A stretch of 64,000 bases of DNA from Schizochytrium sp. TIO01 (taxonomy: Eukaryota; Protista; Bigyra: Labyrinthulomycetes), in contig SMSO01000004.1 of assembly GCA_004764695.1 (NCBI GenBank), positions 744,001 to 808,000 on the forward strand, read 5' to 3'. Of the stretch, positions 49,728 to 62,715 are shown piece by piece (the first letter of the stretch is position 1; every line of letters starts with the position of its first letter). The translations under genes were made by a program, and so were the position numbers. Below the pieces are notes generated by a model that was not told where the DNA came from, ran no database searches, and worked only from the letters and a program-made list of their open reading frames with translations.

Positions 49728-51425
49728 ATGAGTAGCAAATTTAATCTAGACACAATGTCCATGAATCCTAGAATAGATCTTATGCCCATTGGCATCAGAC
49801 GAGGTCTCCTCATGTGTGATGCAGACGAGGTCGCGGTGAATTTCGCATGGTTTGTCAGTCTTCTTTTCTTCCTCTGTGCTGGCGGGGCTATGGACATTGT
49901 GGTCATTGTTAAACTGATTCTCGCTCTTCGATCAAGGCGAAAACAACAAGCAGCGAAGAAGTATATCAAGGAGGAAAATGCTTCCCAAGCGCTGTCTCCT
50001 AAGTCAAAAAGTATGCAGTCAAAGACAAGAACCTCAACAGATGATGGCGAAGCGTCGGAAGCAAATACAAATATCGCATTGAAACGTCTTTTGTTTCAAA
50101 AAATGAATCGTGGTTATGTTGATGACGATGATGGCTATGTTGAAGAAGGCAACAGTGTACGCAGAAGTACGGTAGCTCCCGGACGTGAGCCCTGGGAGAT
50201 TGATGTAAAAAAAATCAAATTTGACAAACGTATTGGTGCTGGTAACTTCGGAGAAGTCTGGGTTGGTACCTGGATGCAGTCAAAGGTTGCTATCAAAACA
50301 GTTATTCGAGGAATGTCCAAACGACAAGAGTTTGTTGACAAGTTTGTCGAAGAGATCAAGCTAATGAGTGAATTGCAACATCCCAATGTTGTCATGTTTC
50401 TTGGTGCTTCAATTCAGCCACCACATATTTGCCTCGTTCTTGAGTACTGCGTGCATGGTAATCTTGTCGAGTTTCTGCAGTCTGCTCGTGAAAAAGACAT
50501 TGCTATCACCATGCATCTTATCCTAAAGATTGCCCTAGACATTGCTCGTGGAATCAAGTATTTGCATGACAAGATGCAGATTATTCAAAGAGATATCAAG
50601 GGGCGAAACGTTCTCATCGACGAAAACCTTAATGGCAAGATCTCTGATTTTGGATTGTCAAGAATAAAGAAGGATACTGATGCAGGACTCACGGCGTGCG
50701 GTACTCCTGCGTGGACAGCCCCAGAAGTTGTCCGGATGGAGGAATATACAGAGAAGGTTGATGTTTATTCGTTTGCAGTGGTGCTTTGGGAACTTATCAC
50801 ACAAAGCGAGCCATATGATGGTGAAGGAGGTATTCAAATTGCATATGCGGCTGCAGAGCAAGGCTTGAGACCCCCAATACCAGAGTTCACCCCAGAGAGA
50901 TATAGTAAGCTCATGGTTCAATGCTGGGCAGACTCTCCGGATGATCGTCCACCTTTTTCAGAAATTCTGGAACGCCTTTTCCAGATGATGAAAGATGAAA
51001 GCGACCCGTGCAAGGCTGCAGAATTCTATTTTGGGACCAAGAGGCAGAACTATGACATTGTCGATATTGAACGCCTTCTTGATGACAACGAGCTGTACAA
51101 AGGAATGTTTCAAGAAGACTACACTGCAATCGTACAGGAGCGCAAAGAGCTTTTGAAAAAAGAGCTTTTGCGGTCGCAATCACATGACTCGCGACGTGCA
51201 ACTGATGATTGTAACGGATTTGTATCTCTTCAACATCATGCTCCAAACAACAAGGCGACAATAATGCAAACTTTGTTACCGCTTCGCTTGCGTCAGACGA
51301 TGGTAGACGCTGAGATGGAAGATTTGGATAAAGGCGAATCTTTCAAAACACGCCGTGAGTCTGTAGCGGTAGTTCAGTCCCCGCCAAGCCTTGAACCTGG
51401 AATGAGCCGTCGATTTTCCCTCTAA
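49728..51425 (+). CDS. Single-pass membrane tyrosine-kinase-like (TKL) protein kinase
   Basis: TM followed by basic RSRRK; motifs GAGNFG, VAIK, QRDIKGRN, DFG, GTPAWTAPE, DVYSF and CW...P..RP. The start Met is uncertain. Confidence 0.9.
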   Translation: MSSKFNLDTMSMNPRIDLMPIGIRRGLLMCDADEVAVNFAWFVSLLFFLCAGGAMDIVVIVKLILALRSRRKQQAAKKYIKEENASQALSPKSKSMQSKTRTSTDDGEASEANTNIALKRLLFQKMNRGYVDDDDGYVEEGNSVRRSTVAPGREPWEIDVKKIKFDKRIGAGNFGEVWVGTWMQSKVAIKTVIRGMSKRQEFVDKFVEEIKLMSELQHPNVVMFLGASIQPPHICLVLEYCVHGNLVEFLQSAREKDIAITMHLILKIALDIARGIKYLHDKMQIIQRDIKGRNVLIDENLNGKISDFGLSRIKKDTDAGLTACGTPAWTAPEVVRMEEYTEKVDVYSFAVVLWELITQSEPYDGEGGIQIAYAAAEQGLRPPIPEFTPERYSKLMVQCWADSPDDRPPFSEILERLFQMMKDESDPCKAAEFYFGTKRQNYDIVDIERLLDDNELYKGMFQEDYTAIVQERKELLKKELLRSQSHDSRRATDDCNGFVSLQHHAPNNKATIMQTLLPLRLRQTMVDAEMEDLDKGESFKTRRESVAVVQSPPSLEPGMSRRFSL

Positions 51426-52705
51426 ATGTATTCTTTCAAGGTAGTTACTGCCCATGCACCCTAGCTTTCTTGAAGAAGCCCGTCTCTCATAAAGGGACTG
51501 TCCAGCGAGATCATTGCTTCCTGGAAACGGAAACTACAATCTCTCAGGCTTCTAAGACTTGAAGTTTAGAATAATCTTCCGGCACTTGGGAAAAAAAAAA
51601 ATGCTTTTGGAGACCTGATTCTATTCTTTCAAGAAATAACAACCAGAGCTATTTTGCTCGTCAATATAAAAACAATGTAAACTAGCACTTTTTGAATGAT
51701 GAAAATATGCAAAACTCTTTTAACTTTCATCCTCATTCACTCACTGAGCCTCGTAATCTTATTGACTCAAAGAGAAATTTCGTAAATCAAAACCTATGAG
51801 CTGGTTTGCTGATACTATATGGCAGTTTTTTTTATTTTTATACGAGGTGGTTTTGTCCTGTATTCCTTCGATGTATTTGCGGTGTGCATTGTTATGGATT
51901 GTACATTTCCTATGAATTTCTTTCGTGTATGCACCCTCTGTTTGGAATACAAGCATGGATTTCACAAGGTTATTCTACGTATATCTAATTTTGAGCATTT
52001 TTCTTTAATAAAACACAGCCGTTTGGATTATATGCCAATACTCGCTGAACAACCAGACTCTTTCGCCCATTGCTCCAAAATTTCGCGTTAGCGATGAGAG
52101 AACAACATATCTTCTGTGGACATGGCCTACACCCTACTTGCATGGATTATTGAGAGTTTTTAAGGAGACCAAATAAAAATCACTTTCAAGTCACCGTTCT
52201 CTCAGCCTTTTATTCCTTCCTCTTCGAGGAAATGGCCACCTGGAACTGCTGTTATACTATACACTAAAATAGATACAAGTGAAGTAAAATAAGCTTAAAG
52301 TGAAAATATTGAGTTTGTTCTACTGTACATTTTGTCTTCTCATTGGGACTGACGAGGAGGAAGAGGCGGTGCTGGCAGGCAGACAAAACTCCAAGGTAGT
52401 CGTGCCGCAACCGATGCGCTTGACGCTTGGATCGCAAAGAGCCAAGTTCGCGTCATCGCGCGATCCATGGCACGCCCGCTAGCGCCTCCGCGCAAGACCC
52501 TCAGCCGGGCCCGCGCGGAGGCGTCTTACAGACAAGATTGCCAGTTGTCGTTGGCGCCCGGGGAATCTCATACCACTTCGAGCTCCTTTCCAGCTCTGCC
52601 TTCGCGCTCTTTGCAGCTGCAGCTTTCGAAGGGTCCAGAACTTCGTACACGGGGCCTTAGAAAACCGTATTTCTGCAACAAAATCTTCTTCCCAGTCCCT
52701 CCAAA

Positions 52706-55700
52706 ATGGGCCTGAGAAGCGGCAGCGACGCAGAGTCTTGGGAGCCGGATCTCTGCATAGAAGGCGTCACGGCGTGACCATTGTGGCAATTGTAATATTT
52801 ACAAGCCTGATACTTTTAAGTCTCGTGGATATCTCTTTTGCAGGGTTCTATGACAACAATGACTTTGGCTTGGAAGGCGACGAGGCTGAAGTTAATCTCG
52901 TGATCCACGTGGTGCCACATTCGCACGTGGATGCCGGCTGGCTAGAACCCGCGGAGACTACCCTGGAGTCTGCAGCGAGCGTCATATTATCAAAGGTACT
53001 CGAGCAGCTTGATAATGCACCAGACCGGAGGTTTGTGTGGGCTGAAACAATGCTATTTAGAAAATGGTATGCTGGGCTTGGGCAAGGCGACAAAATGCGG
53101 TTGAGAAAACTTGTTGCGAGCGGCAGATTTGAGTTTGTTGGAGGCGGAGTTGTGGAGCACGACGAAGCCCTGAATACCTGGGACGCTGTCGTTGACCAGA
53201 TGACGGATGGTCATGAGTGGCTAGAACAGCATCTTGGGGTAAGGCCTACGGTCGCTTGGCAAGCGGATAGTGCAGGTCACAGTGATGCTACTCCGGCACT
53301 ACTCTCACAGATGGGCTTTGAGGCGTTGTTCCTCGGCCGTGTGCACTTCCGTGTTAGACAACAATTCAGCAACCAAAAACATCTTGAGTTCATCTGGCGC
53401 GGAAAGGACCTCGGTGGCGCCCGAGATCGTGGCACAGAGGCGTGGAAGCCTGGCGATGTTTTCACACATATTATGTACAATGGCTTTGCAGCACCCGAAG
53501 GGTATGATTTTGAAAGCGGTAAGGGTGTACGTCAGGTCACAAACCCAAAGCGTAGAGCTGAGCGCCTCGTGGATGAACTCCGTAAGTGGGCAGCGAGCTA
53601 TCGCACACACCACCTCTTTGTACCCTTTGGCGATACGACCCGCTTCATCGAAGCTGACAAGCAATATACAAACATGGAGAAGCTCATGGTCTTCATCAAC
53701 AGGAACATTCCTGATGTCCAGATCCGCTTCTCAACTCCCACAGAATATCTCCGCAGTGTTCGCGAGACCGCTGCGGTGACTGCTCTTGAATTTCCCCAGT
53801 ACGTTGGTGATTTCTTCCCATACGCAGACCATAAGGACTCATACTGGTCTGGTTTATTCTCTTCGCGTATGAAGTTCAAGGAGAACGTACGAGACATTTC
53901 AGCACTAGCGCATACTGCTGAGATATTTTTTGCTTTAGCCCGGGCAAGGGCCACTGCGCTTGGTGACGCACCACGGATAAAGTCGATCATCAATGGCCAA
54001 GTTGAAGCAGAAGCTCAACAAGCCCCATTGGATTGGGACACAAAACTATTCCAAGACCTTGGCCGTTTACGTGAAGTCTCCACTTGGATGACTCACCATC
54101 ATGCCATTACTGGTGCAAGTCGAGCGCAAGTAATTCAGGATTTTATGAGTAATATGCGACAGGCCCAGCAGAGTGGAATATCCGTTCTGGAAGCCTCCCT
54201 CGCTCAATTACTTACTAAGCGAAGCGCCGACTTCAAGGCCACGGGGCCCCGGGTTCGTCCAGTATTGACAGATGTTCCTTTCAACCTGGAAGAAGATCTT
54301 CGTGCAATTGCTGAAGAAACAGGCGCAGCAAGCGCAGTTCAACATCCAATTATCGTATACAATCCTGACCCTGTCGAGCGCGTAGAGATTGTGCATATTT
54401 ACGTCGGCGCAGACTGGCGCATGCTTCGACATGTACACGTTGTAGACCACAACGGCGTTCCAGTTCGTGCTCAACTCCATCACTTGCTCGCGACTGTAAT
54501 CAAGAACTCGCGCAATGTTGGGGGAATGATGGGTCGTCCCGGAGGCCGGATGCCCGGTGGTCGAGGTGGCGTGGGCATGGGTGCAGGTGCAGGTGCGGGA
54601 ATGGGCGCTGGCGGCATGGGTATGGGCGCTGGTGGCATGGGTGTGGGCGCTGGTCAACGCAATCGTGGTGGAGGTCCAGGCATGGGCCGAGCCAATAATC
54701 AACGCTTTGACTTTAATGACCCTTACATGCAGAACAACAACAACTACAATGACCCATATGGCGCTGGTGGAAATGCAGGAATTGGTATGCAGGGAGGTCG
54801 CGGAGGGGTTGGAGCTGGCATGCCAGGAGGCTTCGCGAGTGGCGCTTCTGCTGCAGCTGGTGGTGGCATGGGTTTTGGGGCCACTCGGGGTGCTGCTATG
54901 GGCGGCGGTGCCCCAGGTGGATTCGGCGATCCTGCTGGGATGCCACGTGGAAATCGCATGCGTGGTGGTGGCGGGGTAGCTGGAATGCAACAACAACCAG
55001 GAATGGGCATGAACAATAACTTCGGGGGCGCAGGAGGGGATTACTATGCTGCAGCAGGCTTTGATAATCGCGGAGCTGCTGGTATGAACGGTCGTCGGAG
55101 ACTGAACGTGGTGATGCCCGATGGACCTCTCGATGGAGGGAGGTCATTAGATGCGCAGGGAGCCGGCGGCCCGGCGGACCAATCTCGAATTTTTCTATCC
55201 TTCGCTGTTCGTGTCCCCCCATTGGGCGTCGCTACTTTTTTTTGCTTCACATCTTCGCCGCGAGACCGCATGAAGAATTCACAACTAGGCAGTGCTTCCA
55301 CTCCTGTCACGAAATTATATAATTTGGCAAATGGCAAAATTCTTGCTAACCGTCCTTCGGCGCCTCGTATGAACGGAGGAGGTGTACCAGGTATGGGTCA
55401 AGGCGTTCCAGGCGGATTCGGCGCTGGGGCTGGTGTTGGCTTTGGAGCTGCCCAACCGTATGGGATCGATCCTTATGGTATTGATATGGGCCGACAACAA
55501 GCTTTTCAACAGCAGCAGCAAGGCCAGGGCCAGGGCCAGCGCATGCGTGGGGGCGGTGCTGGAGCTGCTCAAGGAGCTGCTCAAGGAGGTGTAGCTGCTG
55601 ACGCAGGAACTGGGAGCAAATCAAACAAGGCCGCTAGTGGGGTTACTGAGGATGGCTTTCAGATTATGAATGAGCTTGCAAATGCTGAACGAACTCTGTC

Positions 55701-57847
55701 TATTGAAAATGAGCTCGTGCAAGTTCATGTTAACACCGCGACAGGCATGTTGCAATCAGTTCTGGACAAGCGAACGAAGCGCAACACCTTATTAAATCAA
55801 AGGTTTTTGCAGTACCCCGGCTCGCGCAGTGGTACATACTTGTTTCGTCCAGAGCCAGTTCGCGCGGTGGATTTTGGATCAAGTATCACAGTAGGATTAA
55901 CTAAGGGCCCAATGTTTGAGCAACTACAAGTGATCGGTGACAATGGCTTAGGTCAAACAATTCGAGTGTATAAGAGCCTTGAAGGAACAGATGAGGACCC
56001 CGGGGCTGCAGCTGGTGGAGCTGGGGCTGCACAAGATGGTGAATTGACTGGTGCAGTCTATGATTTGCTTGCGAGTGTTGAGATTAATGTTGTCGTCGGC
56101 TTTGAGTATGGGGTGGACACTGTTATGCGCTTAGAGACTAGCATGGACACAGATGGCATTTTTTACACAGATAACGAACTTGGTGACCTTGTGAAGCGCA
56201 CGACGCATCGTGAAGCACCCTTGGCAAGTAACATTTTCCCTGCTGTGTCTACTATCGCACTCCGTGACAACCAAGCCACGGCTGTGACTCGAATGGGGCA
56301 GGTTCTTGCCCTTGTTGGTAAAATCCCGTTCGCCGCAAGCAGTCCATTTGCTGACTCTGGCACGGGAACTATAGAGGTAATGTTGCACCGAAACCACGAA
56401 GAGGATGATGGCAGGGGTCTGGAGGAGCCACTCACAGATATGAGTACCACTCATTTCGCATGCGCACTTCTTGTCGGCACTCCGAATGAGCTTTTGGAGC
56501 GCATTCCACATGTGCAACGTCGCGTTCAAAGACCGCTACGTCAGTTTTACGCTCGTGAACACCCTGACCTTGCCAAGGTGTTGAGTCGTGAAAACTGGGC
56601 CTCTCGTTTTGTCACTTATGCTAGTTTTGTTGTAGACTCACTTCCTCGAGAAGTAGACATGCAAACTCTTCGGGCGCGCACCGCTGCGGGTGATCAAGTA
56701 CTTTTACGATTTAGAAATCTTGCAGCGAGCACTCGGACTACGATTGATCTTGCCCATGGATTTCTCGAACCAACATTTCAGATTCAAGGTCTTCCAGGAG
56801 GCAGCTCTTGCCGGTGGCGCCACCCTCCACGCTCGTTTTGGCGCGCCTTTTCGTGGATCAAGCTTTGCTTCGTTGGCTTCACATGCATCTTTTGAATACA
56901 TGATGCAGCCTCGTGTGGGCTTAGCTGACGCTGGCGGTGCGCTCGGCACAACCGGTGACCCAGGTATGGATTTAGGCTCCAACGCACAGCTAGTACTTCA
57001 ACCAGGTGAAATTCGCACAATCCTTTTGACGCTATCTGTTCTTGAGGATGATAAGCGCCCTTCTTCAATGTATACTGGCACTCAAGGATCTGGGGCTTCA
57101 AGTAGTACCCGATCAAATTTCGGAAATGCTGGGAGCATGTCTGGTGGCTCATCGACGGGGCCATCCACCGGCACCAAACCTGGTGCTGGAATGTCTCAAG
57201 GTGGCATGCGTGGATCTCAAAAACAGCAACCAAAGGCTTCACAAACACAAAGTGGGGGAGCCGATTCTCTGGGTTCTTCAAGTAGCTCTAATGGGGGCAC
57301 CGTCAGCGGAAGCGGCAGTGGCGGTCTAAGCAGAGAGACAGAAGAACAAAAAGCTCGGTTAGAAGAGATTGCCCTTGAGCACCGTTCTAACATTGAAGCA
57401 ATGCAACGTCGTGTGAAGATGTACAAGTCTAACATCGACCAATTACTTGCCGATATTAAAAAGTTTGACGATCAAGGCAAGGCGTCCTTGCGTGATGCAA
57501 CTGTCGGAGACCTGAAGACACAAGAAGCATCGCTAGAACAGGCACATACTTCCTTGCAATCTTCAAAGCAAGAGTTGAAGGATGTTTTAGAACAAATCCA
57601 AACTTTGGACTCATCATACCAAATCGATACCGGCTTTATGTTTGAAGATGAAATCCGTATTCGAACTGCGGAGGCCACAGTACACGGCGCAGTTGCTGGT
57701 GCTGCTGCAATGCTTTTATTTTTGGTTGCTGGTAATTGGGTCTTTGCAGGCGGTTTGCGTCTTGCACGTTCCTATGTCCCTATTAGCGTTCGTTTTCAGG
57801 AAAAGGGCCCCACAGAAGTGGATCCAGAGATGGCCAAGCTGAACTAA
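52706..57847 (+). CDS. GH38 class II alpha-mannosidase-like protein with low-complexity inserts, C-terminal coiled coil and TM (frame breaks near 52710 and ~56790)
   Basis: VVPHSHVDAGW, FEFVGGG, YWSGLFSSR, SGTYLFRP and EVMLHR...DDGRGLEEPL motifs. The 52738 frame has no ATG back to its upstream stop, but a good-context ATG at 52706 is one base out of frame. The protein continues into ORF 56690-57847. Confidence 0.85.
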
Positions 57848-58345
57848 AAAGACAGCACAAATAAATTTGAAATGCTGCCTTGCTCAGATTATATACCCTT
57901 TACTACTTTTATTTGTTTATTATATGCACTGACAAAGTTTTACCCCTAACCACTTTTCACAATTTTTATGTACCAAATGAATTCTGTTGCAGACGCAGCA
58001 AAAGTTGGTTTTCCTTGTTCTAATGCAACGAACAATAAGTAAGAGAAGTTGACAAGATGTGGAGATGGACAGGGTATCAATGTTCGAAGGGAATGACAAT
58101 GAAGACCTTACCTACAACAAAGATCAAGGAGGTTTTGGTGCCCTGGGTGCCCTGGGTATCAAGGTTAAGAGCAAGCATCTCGGACTCGTATCAAAAAGTT
58201 ATGAATAAGGGAAAGTAGGAACATCATCAGAGTAGGTAAAAAAAGACAGGTATCGTTTGATTGTATAAGGGGGGTTGGGAGTAGAATAAGAGAAGTGGTG
58301 CCAATTGCTAAGTTATCATGAAAATCCGTACAAAATTTATCGCAA

Positions 58346-58747
58346 TCAGTAGTCCTGGGAAGCGGAGACCTTGCCGGCCTTCTTCTTGCTGGGCATGAGC
58401 ACAGCGTGGATGTTGGGCAAAACACCACCAGAGGCGATGGTCACGTTACCGAGAAGCTTGTTAAGCTCCTCGTCATTGCGGACGGCGAGCTGGATGTGAC
58501 GCGGGATAATACGGGCCTTCTTGTTGTCGCGGGCGGCGTTACCTGCGAGCTCGAGGATCTCTGCGGCCAAGTACTCAAGGACGGCAGCCATGTACACAGG
58601 GGCGCCACCACCGACGCGGTTGGCGTAGCCGCCCTTCTTCAAGTAACGAGCGATACGACCAACGGGGAACTGGAGACCAGCCTTGGCAGAGCGAGTCGTG
58701 GACTTGCCCGACTTCTTGCCGCGTCCTCCCTTGCCTTTGCCGGACAT
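58346..58747 (-). CDS. H2A: Histone H2A with C-terminal SQDY (H2A.X-type)
   Basis: [22 protein letters not shown] and terminal SQDY. Confidence 0.98.
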   Translation of the reverse strand: MSGKGKGGRGKKSGKSTTRSAKAGLQFPVGRIARYLKKGGYANRVGGGAPVYMAAVLEYLAAEILELAGNAARDNKKARIIPRHIQLAVRNDEELNKLLGNVTIASGGVLPNIHAVLMPSKKKAGKVSASQDY

Positions 58748-59348
58748 TCTTCTAGTCTAGTGTTCTGCTGCTGCAATTGCTGCTGCTAATTTAATCTTTG
58801 AGTTTGGGTTTTGGTTTTGCTTCTGCCCACCATCTTCTCCATACCTATCGCAATTCCAAGATCTCCATTTAGTGCCTTACTTATCTATTGCTTTTTCCTC
58901 TTCCATGTATTCCCATTCGTCGCACAGCTTAGTTAACAAACACACACCCGCATCCTACTAGCCTCCTACCACTACCCCTAATAGTGCTCCCATCCGTCAA
59001 AAATTCCCTTCCTGATTTTTTCCCTTGGGTCTCACCGCCGTCGTTAGGCTCGTGGTTATAATGCACGCAGTCCGTTGGTATAGCGCACGCTGTTGAGAGC
59101 GATATAACCATGGTGATTACAAGAGAAGTAGGGGGACCGTACGTGATAAGACGCCGTGTATGACTGGCAACTGGTTTGCGCAGGGTCGAAGTAAGAGGGA
59201 AAAAAATGTATGGGGCAAAAATCGAAGGGGAAAAAGACTTCGGGAGCGGCGGCGGCGAAGACAAACCAGATGGCGGTGGCAGCAAACCCCAAACCTGAAG
59301 AGTTCTGAGCAACAGAGCAAAACTTAGACATACATACAAACAAGCAAG
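58748..59348. promoter_or_regulatory. Divergent H2A/H2B promoter region
   Basis: 600 bp between head-to-head histone genes; the left half is pyrimidine-rich and the right half purine-rich (mirror skew). Confidence 0.6.
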
Positions 59349-59711
59349 ATGGCCGGCGGAAGCAAGACTGTGGCCAAGAAGGCTGCCAAGAAGGCCACGA
59401 AGACTTCGGGCGACAAGTCCAAGAAGTCGAAGAAGCGCACGGAAACGTACTCTTCCTACATCTACAAGGTGCTCAAGCAGGTGCACCCTGACACTGGTAT
59501 CTCCAAGAAGTCCATGAGCATCATGAACTCCTTCATCAACGACGTATTCGAGCGCCTCGCCACCGAGGCTGGCAAGCTCGGCAAGTACAACGACAAGGCC
59601 ACCCTCTCCTCCCGCGAGGTCCAGACTGCCGTGCGCCTTGTGCTCCCCGGCGAGCTTGCCAAGCACGCCGTCTCTGAGGGCACCAAGGCCGTCACCAAGT
59701 TCACCAGCTAA
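59349..59711 (+). CDS. H2B: Histone H2B
   Basis: [16 protein letters not shown] and [16 protein letters not shown]. Confidence 0.98.
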   Translation: MAGGSKTVAKKAAKKATKTSGDKSKKSKKRTETYSSYIYKVLKQVHPDTGISKKSMSIMNSFINDVFERLATEAGKLGKYNDKATLSSREVQTAVRLVLPGELAKHAVSEGTKAVTKFTS

Positions 59712-60738
59712 ATTGTCATGACATAAAAACATTAACCGTGTATCGTATTCCTTTCCGATTTGTTATTTCTTCTTCTTCTTTTTTACATTCTTGATCTTTC
59801 TCGCTCGGCTTTCCATCCTCATCAAATAGTCTTGGGTCTGGAGACTTTGATAAATCAGTCGTGGACTTCAGCCCCATGCTTTGGTTATGGTACCTTTTGC
59901 TTTTCATGTTCTTTATTTCGTTTTTTTATCTTAGCACAGAAACTAACATGGATTTAGAGCTGTGCTGCCTAGCTAGACTTCCTTGGTTTTACAGATTTGG
60001 CAAATCTTGGTTGAGTTGTCTCTAAACAACGCACACCATTCGTCGAAGTGCTGGGGGTTTGCCGCAGCTTTACTTCAGAGTAGAAACTTTTTCTACCCGC
60101 GGCAGAGAGAAACCCTTGCCTCGGACTTTATATGAGGATTTCTTCAGATATGTGCAATCTTGTGTAATAGGAACTAAATGATATGGACACATTTGTGTTG
60201 CTATGCGGAATTCACAATAAATTGCGATGCGGTACCGTTACTAAGTTAAGCAGTTGACCTAGATCAATCAATAGGTTCTCGAAGGAAGACTTGTTACGTA
60301 GCTGGAACAGTAGTCTTCGACATTTGCGGGACTTGCTTCTTGGTCATATGTTTGTACATTAAATCAGCACTTAGCCTGGCACTCATTTTTTCATTTCGCT
60401 TCTTGTTTACTAACTAAAATTCAGAAGTACATACTATCTCTCGCAACCCGATCATCTCTCGCACATGCACGTTCCAAAGACAGCTCCAAAATGAAGAAAA
60501 AATGAAAAAACACTGTTTCTCGGCTTGCGCTTTTTCACTCGATTCTTTCCCGTTGCATCACTTTTCTTTTAAGCGCGAACTAGCAGAGTCTAAATGAATG
60601 CAATGTATACTTTGGTTAGAAATTATATTAAAAAAAGAAAGAGTAGGTGAAGTTACGACGGGTTGCACACAACGAGCTTAGAAAGCTCCTAGACAGTTGT
60701 GATTGAAAATGACAAAAAAAGAGCGCCAAAGTTGTAGT

Positions 60739-61863
60739 TTAGAACTCAATTACGCGCTTGATAGCCTCGAAGTTCTTGAGGTGGTCCGGGACGTAACACT
60801 TTTCAAAGACAAGAGGGAAGGGAGTATCGTATCCACAAACACGCTGAATAGGAGCCTCGAGATACAAAAAGCACTTATCAGAAATAGTGGCAGCAATTTC
60901 TCCAGCAAATCCAGAGGTCTTGGGAGCCTCATGACTCACAATGAGTCGGCCAGTCTTCTTGACCGAGTCAACAACTGTGGCAATATCCCAAGGTACAATG
61001 GTTCTGAGGTCAATAAGCTCACAAGATACACCCATTTCGGATTGGGCCATTTCACAAGCTTTAGCAAGAACATGCATCTGGGCACCCCAGCCAACGACGG
61101 TCACATCGGTACCAGGCTGGACAATTTCTGCCTTACCAAGGGGGATGGTATAGTCACCTACGGGGACGTCAGCAACAGAGCCACGGTACAGGGCCTTGGG
61201 TTCGAAGAACAAGCATGGGTTCGGGTCGCGGATACAGGACAACAGAAGACCCTTGGCCTGAATAGGATCACGCGGAATAACTACCTTAAGACCGGGCGTA
61301 TGGGTAAAATAAGCTTCCGGACTCTGACTGTGGTAGTGGCCACCATGGCCGATTGCACCATATGGAGCACGGACGGTGAGACCACCACAGTGGAATTGGT
61401 TGCCAGAACGGTAACGCATCTTGGCAGCTTCATTAACAAGTTGGTCAAAGGCTGGAAAGATGTAATCAGCGAACTGAATTTCGGCGATTGCGGTCCGCCC
61501 AGAGGCAGCGTAGCCAATACCGAAACCTGCAATACCTTGCTCACAGAGCGGGGTGTTGAAGACGCGGTTTTTGCCGAACTCGTCACGCAGGCCCATGCTG
61601 CAGCGGAAGACACCGCCAAAGGCCACATCCTCACCAAAGAGAACCGCCTTGTCGTCTGTCTTGAGGGCAATGCGCATAGCATCGTTAATGGCCATGAACA
61701 TGTTCATGCGCTCCTCAGGCTGAGTCATGTCCTCCACCGAGCCATCAGGCGTAGTAGCAGCAGCTGCTACAGAGCTTGACGCCCAGCGGCGTCCACTGTG
61801 GACTACAGCAGCTTTGTGACGCCAGGCAGAAGGTCCTCGCACCATTTTCGCAGCGACGTTCAT
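60739..61863 (-). CDS. BCKDHB: Branched-chain alpha-ketoacid dehydrogenase E1 beta, mitochondrial
   Basis: [37 protein letters not shown] and [10 protein letters not shown] motifs; presequence ending RRWASS. Confidence 0.96.
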   Translation of the reverse strand: MNVAAKMVRGPSAWRHKAAVVHSGRRWASSSVAAAATTPDGSVEDMTQPEERMNMFMAINDAMRIALKTDDKAVLFGEDVAFGGVFRCSMGLRDEFGKNRVFNTPLCEQGIAGFGIGYAASGRTAIAEIQFADYIFPAFDQLVNEAAKMRYRSGNQFHCGGLTVRAPYGAIGHGGHYHSQSPEAYFTHTPGLKVVIPRDPIQAKGLLLSCIRDPNPCLFFEPKALYRGSVADVPVGDYTIPLGKAEIVQPGTDVTVVGWGAQMHVLAKACEMAQSEMGVSCELIDLRTIVPWDIATVVDSVKKTGRLIVSHEAPKTSGFAGEIAATISDKCFLYLEAPIQRVCGYDTPFPLVFEKCYVPDHLKNFEAIKRVIEF

Positions 61864-62715
61864 GGTTGTTAGAATAATAATATATCGAAACAAATCCACC
61901 TCAAACCACGCTGCCCCAAAATTCTTAGCTTGCGGTTCCTAAGCCCCAGAAAGTCAGAAACTCACAAACACAAATAACACCTTGGACGCAAAGCTTAAAT
62001 CCGGCGTTGCTAGTATCCAAGATATTCTGTAGACACCTCGACCCCTTGCGCTTGCTTTGGAAAGATGTAGTGCCGAAAGCAAAAGCAGACCGAAGGCAAA
62101 GAAAGCTGTTGAGGCTCCAACAGGCGACGAAAAAGTGGAGTACGGGACGCGTTCGAATCTCAGCCGAGCTGGTTTTTGCAGGCTTGTCCACGGGTCGATC
62201 TGCGGCGGCCTATCTATCCCCAACTCCCTCCCTGCGTTTCGCGTCGTGTCACTCGTCGGGCTCCAGTCTTCAGCTTTCCAGGTTTGCTGCAAGACGGACT
62301 TCGACCAAGAACTGCCTTCGATGAAGGAATTTGTATTCTGCTAATTCTTATGCGATTATCCACCACATACAAGTCCAATATGAATCCCCTGTGTTCTCTT
62401 ACGGGACCCCGGGGCATGCTGTACAAAATCAGGGCGGCCAGTACAAAAAAAAAACACATCATGTGGAGAGAGAGCGCGAGATATATATACCAACGGCCCA
62501 CTCAAGCGAGCGCGCGGCAGGACCTAAGGGCCCTCGAGGCAGGCCAGGGCGTCTAAATGGTCTTAATCCCGGCCGCAGGGGCCCTCAACCGCGCCCTCAA
62601 GCGGCCGGGCAGGAGTGGACTGCGACCTGAGCTCTGCTGCTTTTGTTTCTCTTTGGCCTTTTTTGTTCCTTCCTCTTTCCACTTCTCTGAGGATTTCTTT
62701 CTTTTCCTCTCTTTC

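Noticed and set aside
52706-56895. Programmed frameshifting in the GH38 gene (start region and ~56790)
   Set aside because: Each break is fixed by one base in a short homopolymer, with no canonical slippery site or stimulatory signal seen; most likely assembly indels.
60703-61779. Long antisense ORFs over BCKDHB, eIF2-gamma, the WrbA copies and the histones
   Set aside because: Shadow frames caused by strong codon bias (few TTA/CTA/TCA codons); no recognisable motifs.
62140-62180. GTTCGAAT T-loop-like words (also ~46605 and ~49351)
   Set aside because: No T-stem or cloverleaf; not tRNAs.
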